Shown: positions 1 to 9,661 of the stretch, piece after piece
Numbering within the stretch: position 1 is the stretch's first letter
Layout of the letters: each line of letters opens with the position of its first letter
Assembly: GCA_002726495.1 (NCBI GenBank)
Contig: PBTH01000062.1
Location: 9,239-73,238 of the forward strand
Direction: 5' to 3'
DNA from: Methanobacteriota archaeon
GTDB lineage: Archaea > Thermoplasmatota > Poseidoniia > Poseidoniales > Poseidoniaceae
DNA: 64,000 bases
Notes under the pieces: generated by a model
Seen by the model: only the letters and a program-made list of their open reading frames with translations
The model's database searches: none
Told to the model about the DNA's origin: nothing
Made by a program: the position numbers and the translations under genes

Positions 1-55
1 TCTTTCAGCGGCCAATGAAAAGGCAAAAGATTGGGCAAATAAACGCCTTGACAGC

Positions 56-2818
56 TTGTACTCAAATATACTCAAATCGCCTGGTACGATTTTAATTCTT
101 CTTGTCTTAATCACGGGAATCTTTGCCCAACAAGGAATGTCTTTTCAAGAACAGATTGACGATGATGTAGAAATTTTCCTACCCGACGGTGCTCCTTCTA
201 CCGATTTACTCCTTGAAGTGAGAACTGAATGGTCCACCGATTTGGCGGTCATATACATTCAAACACCAAACGCTTTCAATATCGCCGACTCAACCAATAT
301 TACCGAGCAATCTTTTCTTCAAGAAATAAGTTGGATTGAGGGTGATTCAACAAACATCAACAGCGATTCTCGTGGGAGAGGGATTGACTATGACAAAAAT
401 GACCATGGCAGAAAAGACGGTGTCCTCTGGATCATATCTCCTGCACAGGTGATCAAGGAAATAAATTCATCAGACGGCCGGTTCAACAGAGCGCTTTGCT
501 CCAATCTCATCGATGAACGTATACCGCTTGCTTTGGATTGTGATCAAGACCAAACTGGAGGCGAATACAGCATTCCAGACCAAGACCGAATTGACCAAAT
601 TATTGAAGAATCGGATGGCGGATTTGATGCATTGTTCAAGGACACCAACGACATGGACCCTACCGTTGATAGCGACGGTGATGGAAATTATACCAACGAT
701 ATGGATGGGGACGGAATTTGGGATACAACAGCCATTGTTGTTGGTATGCATCATGACCCAAGTGTGACCAAAGAATATGCTGACTTTTCTGAACTACTCA
801 ATCATTTCCAAGATGTCATTGACAATCGTCCGACTGAATATCAGAACACTGAAATGACTGTGACTGGCCTGACAAAGGTCCTCGAAGATATTTCAGATGC
901 AATCTATGAGGACCTCCTCATGATTCTCCCCTACTCAGTATTGTTCACTATACTCGTCATTACCTTCCTCCACAGGTCTGCGAAGGTTGTTGTCATCACC
1001 GGAACTCCAATCCTCATGGCTCTTGCAATCACCTTTGGTACATCTGTAATCCTTGACATCACCCTTACACCGATGATCGTTGCAACATTCCCAATTCTCA
1101 TTGGGCTAGGGGTGGACTATGCCCTGCATATGGTCAATCGAATTGAAGAGGTGCGGCGAAAGGAGATCGATAAGGCGCATGACGATAATGAACGAAGAAG
1201 AAAGCGTGGTGAGCGTGAATTAGAAGTTCCCGACATATGGAGTCTTGACTTCTACAAGTCATGTGTAATGGAAATGACACGTTCAACTGGTGTTGCTGTA
1301 TTCCTTTCTGCTTTGACGACGATTGTTGGATTTTCAGTACTCATTGCACCTGCAATTGTGCCGATTTCTCCAATTCGTTCTGTGGGAATTACTCTTGTGA
1401 TTGGGATCTTCTCCACACTTGTCCTCAGTATTATCCTCGTACCAACTCTTGCATGGTTGCTCAAATTTAACAAGAGAACAAATCCCTCAATGTGGAAAAA
1501 TATTGGGAAATTACCTGTGCGAGGCTTCCTTGTCTTGCTTCTCGTTACTGCCGCAATCACATCATATGGCATCGCGAACTTGGATGAAATGAATGAGCCG
1601 ATAACTGGGTCATCTGAGGCCCCGGATGGTATTGATTCCCTAAACTCACTTGCCCAGTACTCGCGCCAATTCAGCAGCGGACAAACTTCCCTTTTCATTT
1701 ATGATGCATCGGAACGAGAAAATGTCAACAGCTCAGTCAACATACGAGACCTCCCAGTTCTTGATTCCATGGATTCAATAGAAGGAGAAATTGACCTGGT
1801 TGATGAGACCTCTACGACCAGTATCATCACCTTCCTCAAAACCGTACCAGCTGCTATCACGCTTACCGAGGGTGTTACAATTGGCGACGGGTCACTCTGG
1901 GACTTGCTTCACGACCCGTGTTGGGAAAGTCAAGAGATTCTTGATCCAAACTGTCCCGTGTGGACCCTTATTCCAGTTTCTGAACGCGAGGCTCTTAGGA
2001 ATGATATGGTGGAAGTAGCCTTTGATACATTGTCAGAAGAGGTACGTTCAATGCTTCTCAATGAGGATGGGGATAAGGCAATTGTTTACGTCACCCAACC
2101 ATACATGAATTTGAATGTGGCAGGAGAACTTCGAGACGATATTGACGATATACTTGGTGAAGGCCCCACATTGCTCAATACAAGAACTTCCTTACTTACC
2201 GGTGGCCTGCCGGTATCTCTTGATATCAATGACGGGATTCACGACACCCAAGCCAAAACAACAATCATTACACTTATTGTCCTTACACTCCTTCTTTCAG
2301 TCGTATTCCGTTCACCGAGATTGGGAATATACACCATGATTCCTGTTGCTGTCGTCATTCTTTGGCAGCCCCTACTCATGCAAAGTGGGGACGTCAATGT
2401 CAACATCTTTACAGCGATGATTGGGACAATCGTATTTGGTATCGGGGTAGACGACGCCATTCACGTCATGCACCGAATACAGGAGGAAGGGGAATCTCCT
2501 CACGGAATGGCCTCTGCAATTGAGGAAACTGGCCAGACTATTTTTGAAACAACCATCACAACAGTTTCGGGAATCGGTGCGGGATTCCTAGCTGCATTCC
2601 CGGGATTGGAAAATTTCTTCATGCTGATGTGTCTCTTGATTTTCTTCGCTTTCATTACCAGTTCATTCCTGTTGCCAGCAATCATTACCGCAGAGCATGT
2701 GGCAAGAGCGAAAATAAATGGTCACCCACCATGGATTGATTTTGGTGATGGCATCGCTGTATCACAACCAGCGGCAATGAAATCGCTTGATGCTATCGTC
2801 ATTGATGACTCGATTTAG
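56..2818 (+). CDS. RND-superfamily/MMPL-type membrane exporter
   Basis: Two blocks of about 6 TM helices, each preceded by a large extracytoplasmic domain. Both TM blocks carry the RND/MMPL signature GxGVDYALH/GIGVDDAIH (GLGVDYALHMVNR and GIGVDDAIHVMHR). The ORF opens with a TTG (no in-frame ATG upstream; stop at 17-19), and an N-terminal TM helix is needed for RND topology. Confidence 0.75.
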   Translation: MYSNILKSPGTILILLVLITGIFAQQGMSFQEQIDDDVEIFLPDGAPSTDLLLEVRTEWSTDLAVIYIQTPNAFNIADSTNITEQSFLQEISWIEGDSTNINSDSRGRGIDYDKNDHGRKDGVLWIISPAQVIKEINSSDGRFNRALCSNLIDERIPLALDCDQDQTGGEYSIPDQDRIDQIIEESDGGFDALFKDTNDMDPTVDSDGDGNYTNDMDGDGIWDTTAIVVGMHHDPSVTKEYADFSELLNHFQDVIDNRPTEYQNTEMTVTGLTKVLEDISDAIYEDLLMILPYSVLFTILVITFLHRSAKVVVITGTPILMALAITFGTSVILDITLTPMIVATFPILIGLGVDYALHMVNRIEEVRRKEIDKAHDDNERRRKRGERELEVPDIWSLDFYKSCVMEMTRSTGVAVFLSALTTIVGFSVLIAPAIVPISPIRSVGITLVIGIFSTLVLSIILVPTLAWLLKFNKRTNPSMWKNIGKLPVRGFLVLLLVTAAITSYGIANLDEMNEPITGSSEAPDGIDSLNSLAQYSRQFSSGQTSLFIYDASERENVNSSVNIRDLPVLDSMDSIEGEIDLVDETSTTSIITFLKTVPAAITLTEGVTIGDGSLWDLLHDPCWESQEILDPNCPVWTLIPVSEREALRNDMVEVAFDTLSEEVRSMLLNEDGDKAIVYVTQPYMNLNVAGELRDDIDDILGEGPTLLNTRTSLLTGGLPVSLDINDGIHDTQAKTTIITLIVLTLLLSVVFRSPRLGIYTMIPVAVVILWQPLLMQSGDVNVNIFTAMIGTIVFGIGVDDAIHVMHRIQEEGESPHGMASAIEETGQTIFETTITTVSGIGAGFLAAFPGLENFFMLMCLLIFFAFITSSFLLPAIITAEHVARAKINGHPPWIDFGDGIAVSQPAAMKSLDAIVIDDSI

Positions 2819-2851
2819 AATGATTGGATCTCTTCACAGTCAAGACAACAT

Positions 2852-4150
2852 TCAACGGATTCTATTGGGGTTGACCCATTCATCCCAAGAAGATTCAAAA
2901 CCGACGTAATGAATGAGGTAATCTGAGTTTCTGCGTTCTCGGATAATCGCATCCCACCAGGAACCTTGCCACTCAACTTTGACCGCTTGACCAGGTTCAA
3001 AAATTTGTACATTAAATGGATGGTCCTCCGGTCGAACGGACCACCCAGTAGGACCAACAATGTAAACAGTATTTTGCGTTTCAACACGCGCTGTTGCACG
3101 TTCATCGTAGGTTACTGACACAATAGGGCTGCTTCGGAGGTTTTTGGCGTCACCAAGTTTCGGGTGAGCATAAGCGTGTCCGTAGAGCAGACCGTCTCGA
3201 ATTTCCGTATTTTGAATGAGAACTTCTGGCTTTCGTGGTTCTGCATTTGCTAACATTTCCGAACCAACAAGATATTTTGCTAATTCACGATAATTAATTT
3301 CTGAATCTTCTCCGATACCCAATTCTTGGAATTCTCTCATCACATCTTCGGGAGAAAGTGGTTCGTCACCTAATTCCGTCAATATTTTAAAATATTCACT
3401 TGCAGAAATCATGCCGCTGTTGTCGTCATCAAATACTTTAAACGCTTCAATTAATTCAAACTCAGCTTCTGAAATATGTTCGACATATTCTTGGATTTCA
3501 GGAGATTCAAGGGCCAATTTTTCAACTCGATTCCACTCAACTTCATCTTCAATATCTCCATCATCAAAATGAATCAAATAGGTATGATTCTCATGGTCCT
3601 TTGCGATTGTAGCAGGATAGTATGTACCATAATTTTTCCAATTCACGAGCACCTTATCGCCCACAACATACGGCGGTGATGCGGGGCGGATCGTTCCTGG
3701 CGTAGTTCCAATGATGACTGCTGGCTTGATTTGGACCGTATCGGTGTATGGGACTTCAATTTCATATGTGCCATCTGCATTGATGCCAATGACCTTGCAC
3801 CGATCCAACCAACGCTCATTCGTTGGACTGTAATATTCAACATGGTCACCAACCTGAAACGCAGCAGGCAATTCAACAGCTTCTGGAGGCAAGGTCGTTA
3901 CCGTTTCAGAAGGATTGGCTCCAATAACGCCAAGATGTTTCAATGCTTCAATAACCGCAGTTGTGACAACAGTTGCATCATTGTTAACCACAGTATTGTG
4001 TACAATATCACCACTCATCACGGAGTCGTTCATCGTGAAGGTGTTAGGAGCAGATTGCTTGGGGGCATCAGTGACATTTGGGGGGGCAGGAATCCATTCG
4101 GTACCTGTCCACATAAAGTTCCCATCAGGACTTAAAATAGGGTCTACCAT
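2852..4150 (-). CDS. EF-hand calcium-binding protein with three Tudor/chromo-barrel-like domains
   Basis: Three repeats of a Tudor-like pattern: VGDHVEYYSP..WLDRCKVIGI..DGTYEIEV; VGDKVLVNWKNYGTYYPATIA...YLIHFDDGDIEDEVEW; PGQAVKVEWQGSWWDAIIRE...YLIHYVGFESSWDEWV (chromo-barrel-like HYxGxxxxWDEWV). A canonical EF-hand loop DDDNSGMISASE is followed by a second degenerate EF loop. The start is placed at the internal ATG (4148-4150) because the upstream 35 codons of the long ORF overlap the RNase P RNA. Confidence 0.55.
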   Translation of the reverse strand: MVDPILSPDGNFMWTGTEWIPAPPNVTDAPKQSAPNTFTMNDSVMSGDIVHNTVVNNDATVVTTAVIEALKHLGVIGANPSETVTTLPPEAVELPAAFQVGDHVEYYSPTNERWLDRCKVIGINADGTYEIEVPYTDTVQIKPAVIIGTTPGTIRPASPPYVVGDKVLVNWKNYGTYYPATIAKDHENHTYLIHFDDGDIEDEVEWNRVEKLALESPEIQEYVEHISEAEFELIEAFKVFDDDNSGMISASEYFKILTELGDEPLSPEDVMREFQELGIGEDSEINYRELAKYLVGSEMLANAEPRKPEVLIQNTEIRDGLLYGHAYAHPKLGDAKNLRSSPIVSVTYDERATARVETQNTVYIVGPTGWSVRPEDHPFNVQIFEPGQAVKVEWQGSWWDAIIRERRNSDYLIHYVGFESSWDEWVNPNRIR

Positions 4151-4202
4151 AAATCCCCATTTCCCACGTACTCTTTGATTGTTCGGTTGAATTCTTTGAA
4201 GT

Positions 4203-4505
4203 GGAGGGAGTAGGGAGTAAGCCCCTTTCTGTTTCCTTTCGGTGATCGCATTCAACTGTGCGTCCTACCTGTTCCTCGTCGTGCCGAGTTAACGGAACGG
4301 TTTGGACTTGCTCCAGCGGGGTTGCTCGTCTCATCGACAACAGGGCAATCTCGGTCTTTCAACGTCATTGTACACACCCTGTATCGTTCGTTTCTGCTGC
4401 ATTGACCCAACCATTTCTGTTTGCTTCCTTATGTCAGCCGCTTGCACTACGGAGAGGGGACTTTCCTCAGAGTCGAACTCTGTCAGCGATCCTCCTACTC
4501 CCTCC
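4203..4505 (-). ncRNA. rnpB: RNase P RNA (archaeal type A-like)
   Basis: On the minus strand: P1 5'-GGAGGGAGUAGGAGG pairs with 3'-CCUCCCUACUCCCUC (13/15 bp). P2 GAUCGC pairs with GCGAUC. P3 is a hairpin, CAGAGU-UCGA-ACUCUG. The P4 5' strand GAGGAAAGUCCCC pairs with the P4 3' strand ACAGAAAGGGGCUUA; the bacterial/archaeal consensus is AGGAAAGUCCGGGC...ACAGAACCCGGCUUA, and the CGG->CCC / CCG->GGG swaps are compensatory. Conserved GGAGCAAGUCCAAAC, ACAGGUAGG and UGAAUG elements are also present. Confidence 0.85.
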
Positions 4506-4557
4506 AAGGTGGACTGCTCGCCTCTAACATTTCAATCCGCCGTTTTGATAAAAACCG

Positions 4558-7500
4558 TCACTGATACGGATTTTCACCGGGTGATAGTGCTTCATTAGGA
4601 GCACCATAAGGTCCGGTGGGAGGTTTTGCCTCTGCCCTTTTCACAGCAGGAGGTTGATTGGATTGTCCCAATTGAGGTTGTTGTATCTCCTCCCGGCGCA
4701 AACCGTAAACAAGCAAACCTACCAAGCCCATTGTTAGCAGACCAACAACAACGAGGAGTGATGAATTAACACTGGAAATACTACCAAGAACACCCTCACT
4801 ACGTGGCTCATCAACACGGACCGTAGAGGATTGAATACTTGGGCCATTGACGATGTTTATTTCCAGCCACATGGTACCGTCACGAGTGGGTTTCCAAGAA
4901 TAATCATACAGAATTGTCTCCCCTGATTGAATTGCAAGTGTACGTGCATCAAGTTGAGTTCGGGCCCCTGTTGATTCAACAAGGTTGACGATGATTTGGG
5001 CCTCACCATCAGCTAAACCAGTATTCGAAATCATTGTGGCTACTTCAACATAATCTCCTTGGTGAATATCTGATGTTGGGTCCATTTGTACCTTCGTAAA
5101 TGAGTAAATCGGAACGCGCTGTTCAAGAGACCAAACTCGGAGAGGTGAATCGATATCATTGAACACTTCATCGACTTGAAGGCCAGCTGCATCCATTCCA
5201 GTCACCCAAATTCGTAGTTCAACAGCGCTCGTCCGGTAAACAGGAAGCATTAACTCGTCAAGATCCAGAACGCAACGCACAGGAATTGATTCGCCAGCAA
5301 GACGTTCTCCTAAGATTTCAAGCGGTAAACTTCCATTTTCGTAAACATATGAATTGATACCCAAACCTGCTTCATTAAGAGACCAATGCAGACGAAGTGA
5401 GGATTCGTCAAGTCGTGCATTTTCATTAAGACGTAATTCAAACTGTAGGTTTTTCCAATCTTCTTCTTTCAACTCTGAATTTTCTGAAGGACGGTCGATA
5501 GCCGTGACTTTGGGTGCTTGATTGTCAACGATGAACCATATGAATGCGGAATTGTCCCCGCGGTAAATCGCTCCATTTGGTGCATCATAAAGGCCTCCTT
5601 TCAAGCCATAAGTGTCTTCAATAAGTGGCGCCATTATGGTCCCGGAAAATGTACCATTGATGGTCTCAAGTACGGCTGAATTTTCACCAAGGTCTATCGC
5701 AACATCAAGATCCTGAAGAATCGGTTGTTCAGTTCGATACCAAATAAGCGACCCTGATAGGTCAAAGGTCGTCCTTGGCTTGACCCAATACCCCATTGAA
5801 TCCGTTGCTTCATTACCGAGAGTTACAGAAAGTGATTCTTCGTCAAATACAATCTCACTGGAATACTTCCAGCCGAGTGGTTCGAGTGTAAAACGGTTGG
5901 ATTGTCCTGTTTGGTCAAGCATTGTAATGTGAGGTATACGAACCAAGGAAGTATCAGCATCATATCCCCAATCAATCGAGAAATTGGCCACAAATTCACC
6001 GTTTCTTGAGAACAAGTCATCTTCTTCCGTAGGAATCAGCGTGCATGATTCAATGTTGATGTAATTGTGGGATGAAGTACAGATTCCAGAAGATTGATTC
6101 CATGAAATTGTGGCAGGGAATGGTGTGTTTGAAGCGAGGGAGAGATTGATTTCTGCGATGTCAAAAATTCCATTCTTTTCCCAAATAGGAACTTGAATCA
6201 TGGTTGATTCACCGGGGTGAATCCATGGATTCACTCCTTGACTCCATCCGATTGAGGCAGCACCAAGAGATGGTGCACCATTGTCATTGATTTGGACATG
6301 GAAAAGAGGTGAATTGTACGTCCCTGATCCGGCCATAAGATGCCCTGCGCTGTCAGCTACCTCCAACCAACCAACAAAATAATCTCCAATAGTAGCATCA
6401 GAGGTATCAAGAACGAGTGAATAATCATCCATAAGTGGAGTCAAGTTTTCGGGCTGGTTCAAATCTTTGATTTGAACTTCATCTTGGTCCATCATTCCAT
6501 CCTGGTCCGCATCATCAATCCATGACTTCCAAACATATGCTTTGGCGTGAGTTGGTAAGTTTGGTCGGTCACTGATTGTAAAGTGAAGAGGTGTAATTGG
6601 ACTTGAATCACGATGATCAAACATTTCAACATCGGATTTAATCAGCGTTGGTGCGATGTTGTCAAAGAGGAAAGTGTATGATGTATTGACCTGGTGCACG
6701 GCTTCTTGCCCCCGCAGTGGAATAACTTCAACGCCAAGTTCCATTGAAGAGCGACCGGTTGGAATACTGTATGGGAACAGTGCTACTCCATTGGTGTAAG
6801 ATGAGGATGTCGCATATTCAGTACCATCAACCAAAAATCGGACCAAAGCCTGACCGGAGCGTGGGGTTCCTTCTTCAGTTCCTTCAAATCCAAGCACCAC
6901 CTCAATATTGACCACCTCGCCAGCCCTTAGATAATTATGAGTTGGGGTTGAACGAATTCCATTGCTTGATAGGACTGACCATGATTCAAGAGAAATGTCA
7001 TTCTCTACACCTTGGTCATCGCCAAGTCCAAAACTCGCAGAGACAGGCAACATGGGACCAGAAGGCGCAAGAAGGTTCACAGCGATGACTGCAGAAGGTT
7101 CATCGTTCCAAGAATCAGGGAACTTGAAGCGATGATTAAGTTCCAAGAAACTTCCTGAACCGAGAGCATCGATTAAGCCGGATTCACCATCGTCAAACCA
7201 AACCAAAGGAATTCCATTTGATGTACAGGTTGAGATGGTAATTGGGGTGATTGGTAGAGCACTAACAGGGCAACGAATGCTAGCTTGAGAGTTTGGAGCA
7301 ATGAGGTTTAACTCAACTTCCCAAGAGGATTGTTCAGCGTGGGTCAACGCATCTGTGACACTGATTCCTGCAAAGTCAAAAGTAGCTGAAGTTTCAATCC
7401 AATCGTTGCTTGGGACAAGCGTATTGCTGACATTGTTGACATTGATTGAGACCGGTTCAACGGAGGCTTGAGTTTGGACATCGTTGACCGTAAGCAAAAC

Positions 7501-9612
7501 AGAACCGGTGCCGTCCATTCGTACAGGGAGTGTAATTTCCTTCTCTCCTTGAACGGCTACAATCCCTGACAATGCATCATTGAGCCCGATGACGAGAGGG
7601 TCAGCTGCATTCAAGTTCAGCGACAAACTGCTATTGTAAGGCGAGAATATGCCTCCAAGGAGAACATCGCTAGAAGAGAGTGATGAGCCAATTCGAATTT
7701 GAAGTGTTGCCATTTCTAAGGACGAAATACCAACGGTATTCGTTGATGTACTAAGAGCGGTGTTGAGGGAGGAAAGTTCGGTAGAAGTTAATGTTATGAT
7801 CTGAAGGTCTTGAAGATTGGACAGTCCACGATTGAGAATGTCTTGACCGTTTACTGACATGGCCATGAATGGATTAGCAAGTTCTGTTGAGGGTGAAGCA
7901 AGAGCAAATTGAAAGGCATCAACTCCTGAGGTCGGAAGAGCAACATCAAAGTTAGCAGTACCGGACGGAGAAGAGTAAAGAAGGTTCCACATATCTCCAT
8001 TTAGCAATTCATCTTGTAATCCAAGCGAACCGATGCCGTCCCTCTCGAGAGACCACTCTGGAATTCCATCCAATCCGATGTCAAATCTAAGGCCACTGAC
8101 AACCGATGTGCGGACGAGTTCAGCCTCAAATGCATCCCAAGAGTAAGTTCCTCCTGAACTTCTCATTCGGAATTGGACCATGAATTTCGGCTCATCGAGG
8201 TCGAGATTGCCTTGAGAATTGAGGGGCAACCACGTATCGCCCCCATCGGTGGTCACTTCCATGTAACCTGGACCTGTGACTGTATTTGCAGTTTTGATGG
8301 CTGAAAAACCACTTCGCACGTGATAAACTTCGGAAACAACATCTCCACTGCTACTGATCGCTCCACTTGATTGCCATGAACCGGATTGGATGTTCCATCC
8401 ATTGTTGGTGGGGTCGTCGTCAAAGGTTTTGGAAAGATGGCCGTCAAAAGAAATACTACGTATTTTAGACACCCCGCCCCCTGAACCTTGGAGCATGTGA
8501 ATCTTCAACCGAGCCGATGGATGTTCTCGCCAATCAACAATACCAAGATCAACTTGAGTTGCAGTCATGTGCTCAAAACCAGGAATTGGCATCATCGTTT
8601 GTGCGTCCAAGAGTTGCCATTCAAAGACCGAAGATGGATCAATTGTTGCATCCATGTGCATGAATCCGTAAGAGCGTTCTTCTCCACGACCCAAATCGGT
8701 TGGTGCAAAGGTACTTGAGGTCCAATTCCCTTCTCCAGTGGAGATTCCAGATGCTGCAGGAAGAATTTCTACATCGTCAATATTCCAACCTGTATATTGG
8801 ACAGAACCATCGGATGATCCCAATCCAAAACGAACTTGGAAATTCGGATTGTTTAGAACATAATTTGTGATGGACACTGTTTGCTGAACGTAACTTCCAT
8901 CGTTGGTCGTACTTTGAGGATTTGACCATACATTGACCCAGTTTCCATTTGAGCCTTTAACAGACACATATGCATGGTCATAATACGAACTCTCAACACC
9001 GAGTCGCTTCATGAATTTAAGATTCCAAGCTCCTGAACAACCTCCACAGTTCATCACAGGTGAAGTGGCCCAGTAGGGACCTCCCATATATGTGGGATAA
9101 TTTCCGTTATAGGTGTAGATTGCCTTAGTTCCACTGCTGGCGCCAATGCTGCCATCAGTGCCGTGAAACCAAACGTTGGTGCCGCCAAGGGTGAAGGGGT
9201 TAACTCCCTCAAAATCATAACTCCATCCTTGGGGTAACAGTGCCAGTTCAGAACCGTTGACATCCATGCCATCGTATACCGAGCCCTGATCAAAATCACC
9301 TGCTTCACTCCAAGAGGAAGCCACGGAATCGCTGAGATCCGATGCTTCTATTCCAAGTTCAAGGGATTCAATCGCATGCCCATCTGGAACAGAAATACTC
9401 ACTCTCTGATTCGCACCATCCGGCCATGAGCCAACGGTAATGGCAGTTGCTTGACCCAATGTTGAGGCTTCAAATGGACTGGATATTTCGTCTTCAGGCA
9501 GGGGTTGAACTGTAGGTGTGTGAATCAATGGAATCAATGAGAATAAGAAAAGTGTGACCAGGCCGGCTGCAACGACACTACTACGGTGCGCTCCCCTCAT
9601 GGATTGAGACAT
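4558..9612 (-). CDS. giant extracellular surface protein, signal peptide plus C-terminal TM anchor, possible MAM-like domain
   Basis: 1684 aa. N-terminal hydrophobic signal (VVAAGLVTLFLFSLIPL), Ser/Thr/Asn/Gly-rich beta-type sequence throughout, one C-terminal TM (LLVVVGLLTMGLVGLLVYGL) followed by a short Pro/Lys-rich cytoplasmic tail. Residues about 150-280 resemble a MAM/jelly-roll domain (NCGGCSGAWNLKFM ... GWNIDDVEIL). Confidence 0.8.
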   Translation of the reverse strand: MSQSMRGAHRSSVVAAGLVTLFLFSLIPLIHTPTVQPLPEDEISSPFEASTLGQATAITVGSWPDGANQRVSISVPDGHAIESLELGIEASDLSDSVASSWSEAGDFDQGSVYDGMDVNGSELALLPQGWSYDFEGVNPFTLGGTNVWFHGTDGSIGASSGTKAIYTYNGNYPTYMGGPYWATSPVMNCGGCSGAWNLKFMKRLGVESSYYDHAYVSVKGSNGNWVNVWSNPQSTTNDGSYVQQTVSITNYVLNNPNFQVRFGLGSSDGSVQYTGWNIDDVEILPAASGISTGEGNWTSSTFAPTDLGRGEERSYGFMHMDATIDPSSVFEWQLLDAQTMMPIPGFEHMTATQVDLGIVDWREHPSARLKIHMLQGSGGGVSKIRSISFDGHLSKTFDDDPTNNGWNIQSGSWQSSGAISSSGDVVSEVYHVRSGFSAIKTANTVTGPGYMEVTTDGGDTWLPLNSQGNLDLDEPKFMVQFRMRSSGGTYSWDAFEAELVRTSVVSGLRFDIGLDGIPEWSLERDGIGSLGLQDELLNGDMWNLLYSSPSGTANFDVALPTSGVDAFQFALASPSTELANPFMAMSVNGQDILNRGLSNLQDLQIITLTSTELSSLNTALSTSTNTVGISSLEMATLQIRIGSSLSSSDVLLGGIFSPYNSSLSLNLNAADPLVIGLNDALSGIVAVQGEKEITLPVRMDGTGSVLLTVNDVQTQASVEPVSINVNNVSNTLVPSNDWIETSATFDFAGISVTDALTHAEQSSWEVELNLIAPNSQASIRCPVSALPITPITISTCTSNGIPLVWFDDGESGLIDALGSGSFLELNHRFKFPDSWNDEPSAVIAVNLLAPSGPMLPVSASFGLGDDQGVENDISLESWSVLSSNGIRSTPTHNYLRAGEVVNIEVVLGFEGTEEGTPRSGQALVRFLVDGTEYATSSSYTNGVALFPYSIPTGRSSMELGVEVIPLRGQEAVHQVNTSYTFLFDNIAPTLIKSDVEMFDHRDSSPITPLHFTISDRPNLPTHAKAYVWKSWIDDADQDGMMDQDEVQIKDLNQPENLTPLMDDYSLVLDTSDATIGDYFVGWLEVADSAGHLMAGSGTYNSPLFHVQINDNGAPSLGAASIGWSQGVNPWIHPGESTMIQVPIWEKNGIFDIAEINLSLASNTPFPATISWNQSSGICTSSHNYINIESCTLIPTEEDDLFSRNGEFVANFSIDWGYDADTSLVRIPHITMLDQTGQSNRFTLEPLGWKYSSEIVFDEESLSVTLGNEATDSMGYWVKPRTTFDLSGSLIWYRTEQPILQDLDVAIDLGENSAVLETINGTFSGTIMAPLIEDTYGLKGGLYDAPNGAIYRGDNSAFIWFIVDNQAPKVTAIDRPSENSELKEEDWKNLQFELRLNENARLDESSLRLHWSLNEAGLGINSYVYENGSLPLEILGERLAGESIPVRCVLDLDELMLPVYRTSAVELRIWVTGMDAAGLQVDEVFNDIDSPLRVWSLEQRVPIYSFTKVQMDPTSDIHQGDYVEVATMISNTGLADGEAQIIVNLVESTGARTQLDARTLAIQSGETILYDYSWKPTRDGTMWLEINIVNGPSIQSSTVRVDEPRSEGVLGSISSVNSSLLVVVGLLTMGLVGLLVYGLRREEIQQPQLGQSNQPPAVKRAEAKPPTGPYGAPNEALSPGENPYQ

Positions 9613-9661
9613 GAATTCAAAGGTCTAAAGGCTTCGTACACAGGTTCTTGGTAAAAAATGG

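Noticed and set aside
4151-4255. Upstream 35 codons (MNAITERKQK...) of the 2852..4255 ORF
   Set aside because: They overlap the 3' P1/P4 strands of the RNase P RNA. The internal ATG at 4148-4150 is taken as the start instead. An overlap remains possible but unlikely.
4258-4598. ORF-track ORFs 4258..4527 (+), 4302..4598 (+) and 4125..4340 (-) in the gap between two large genes
   Set aside because: The region folds into an RNase P RNA on the minus strand with P1-P4 pairings and conserved motifs. The ORFs have no RBS or coding texture, so I treat them as non-coding.
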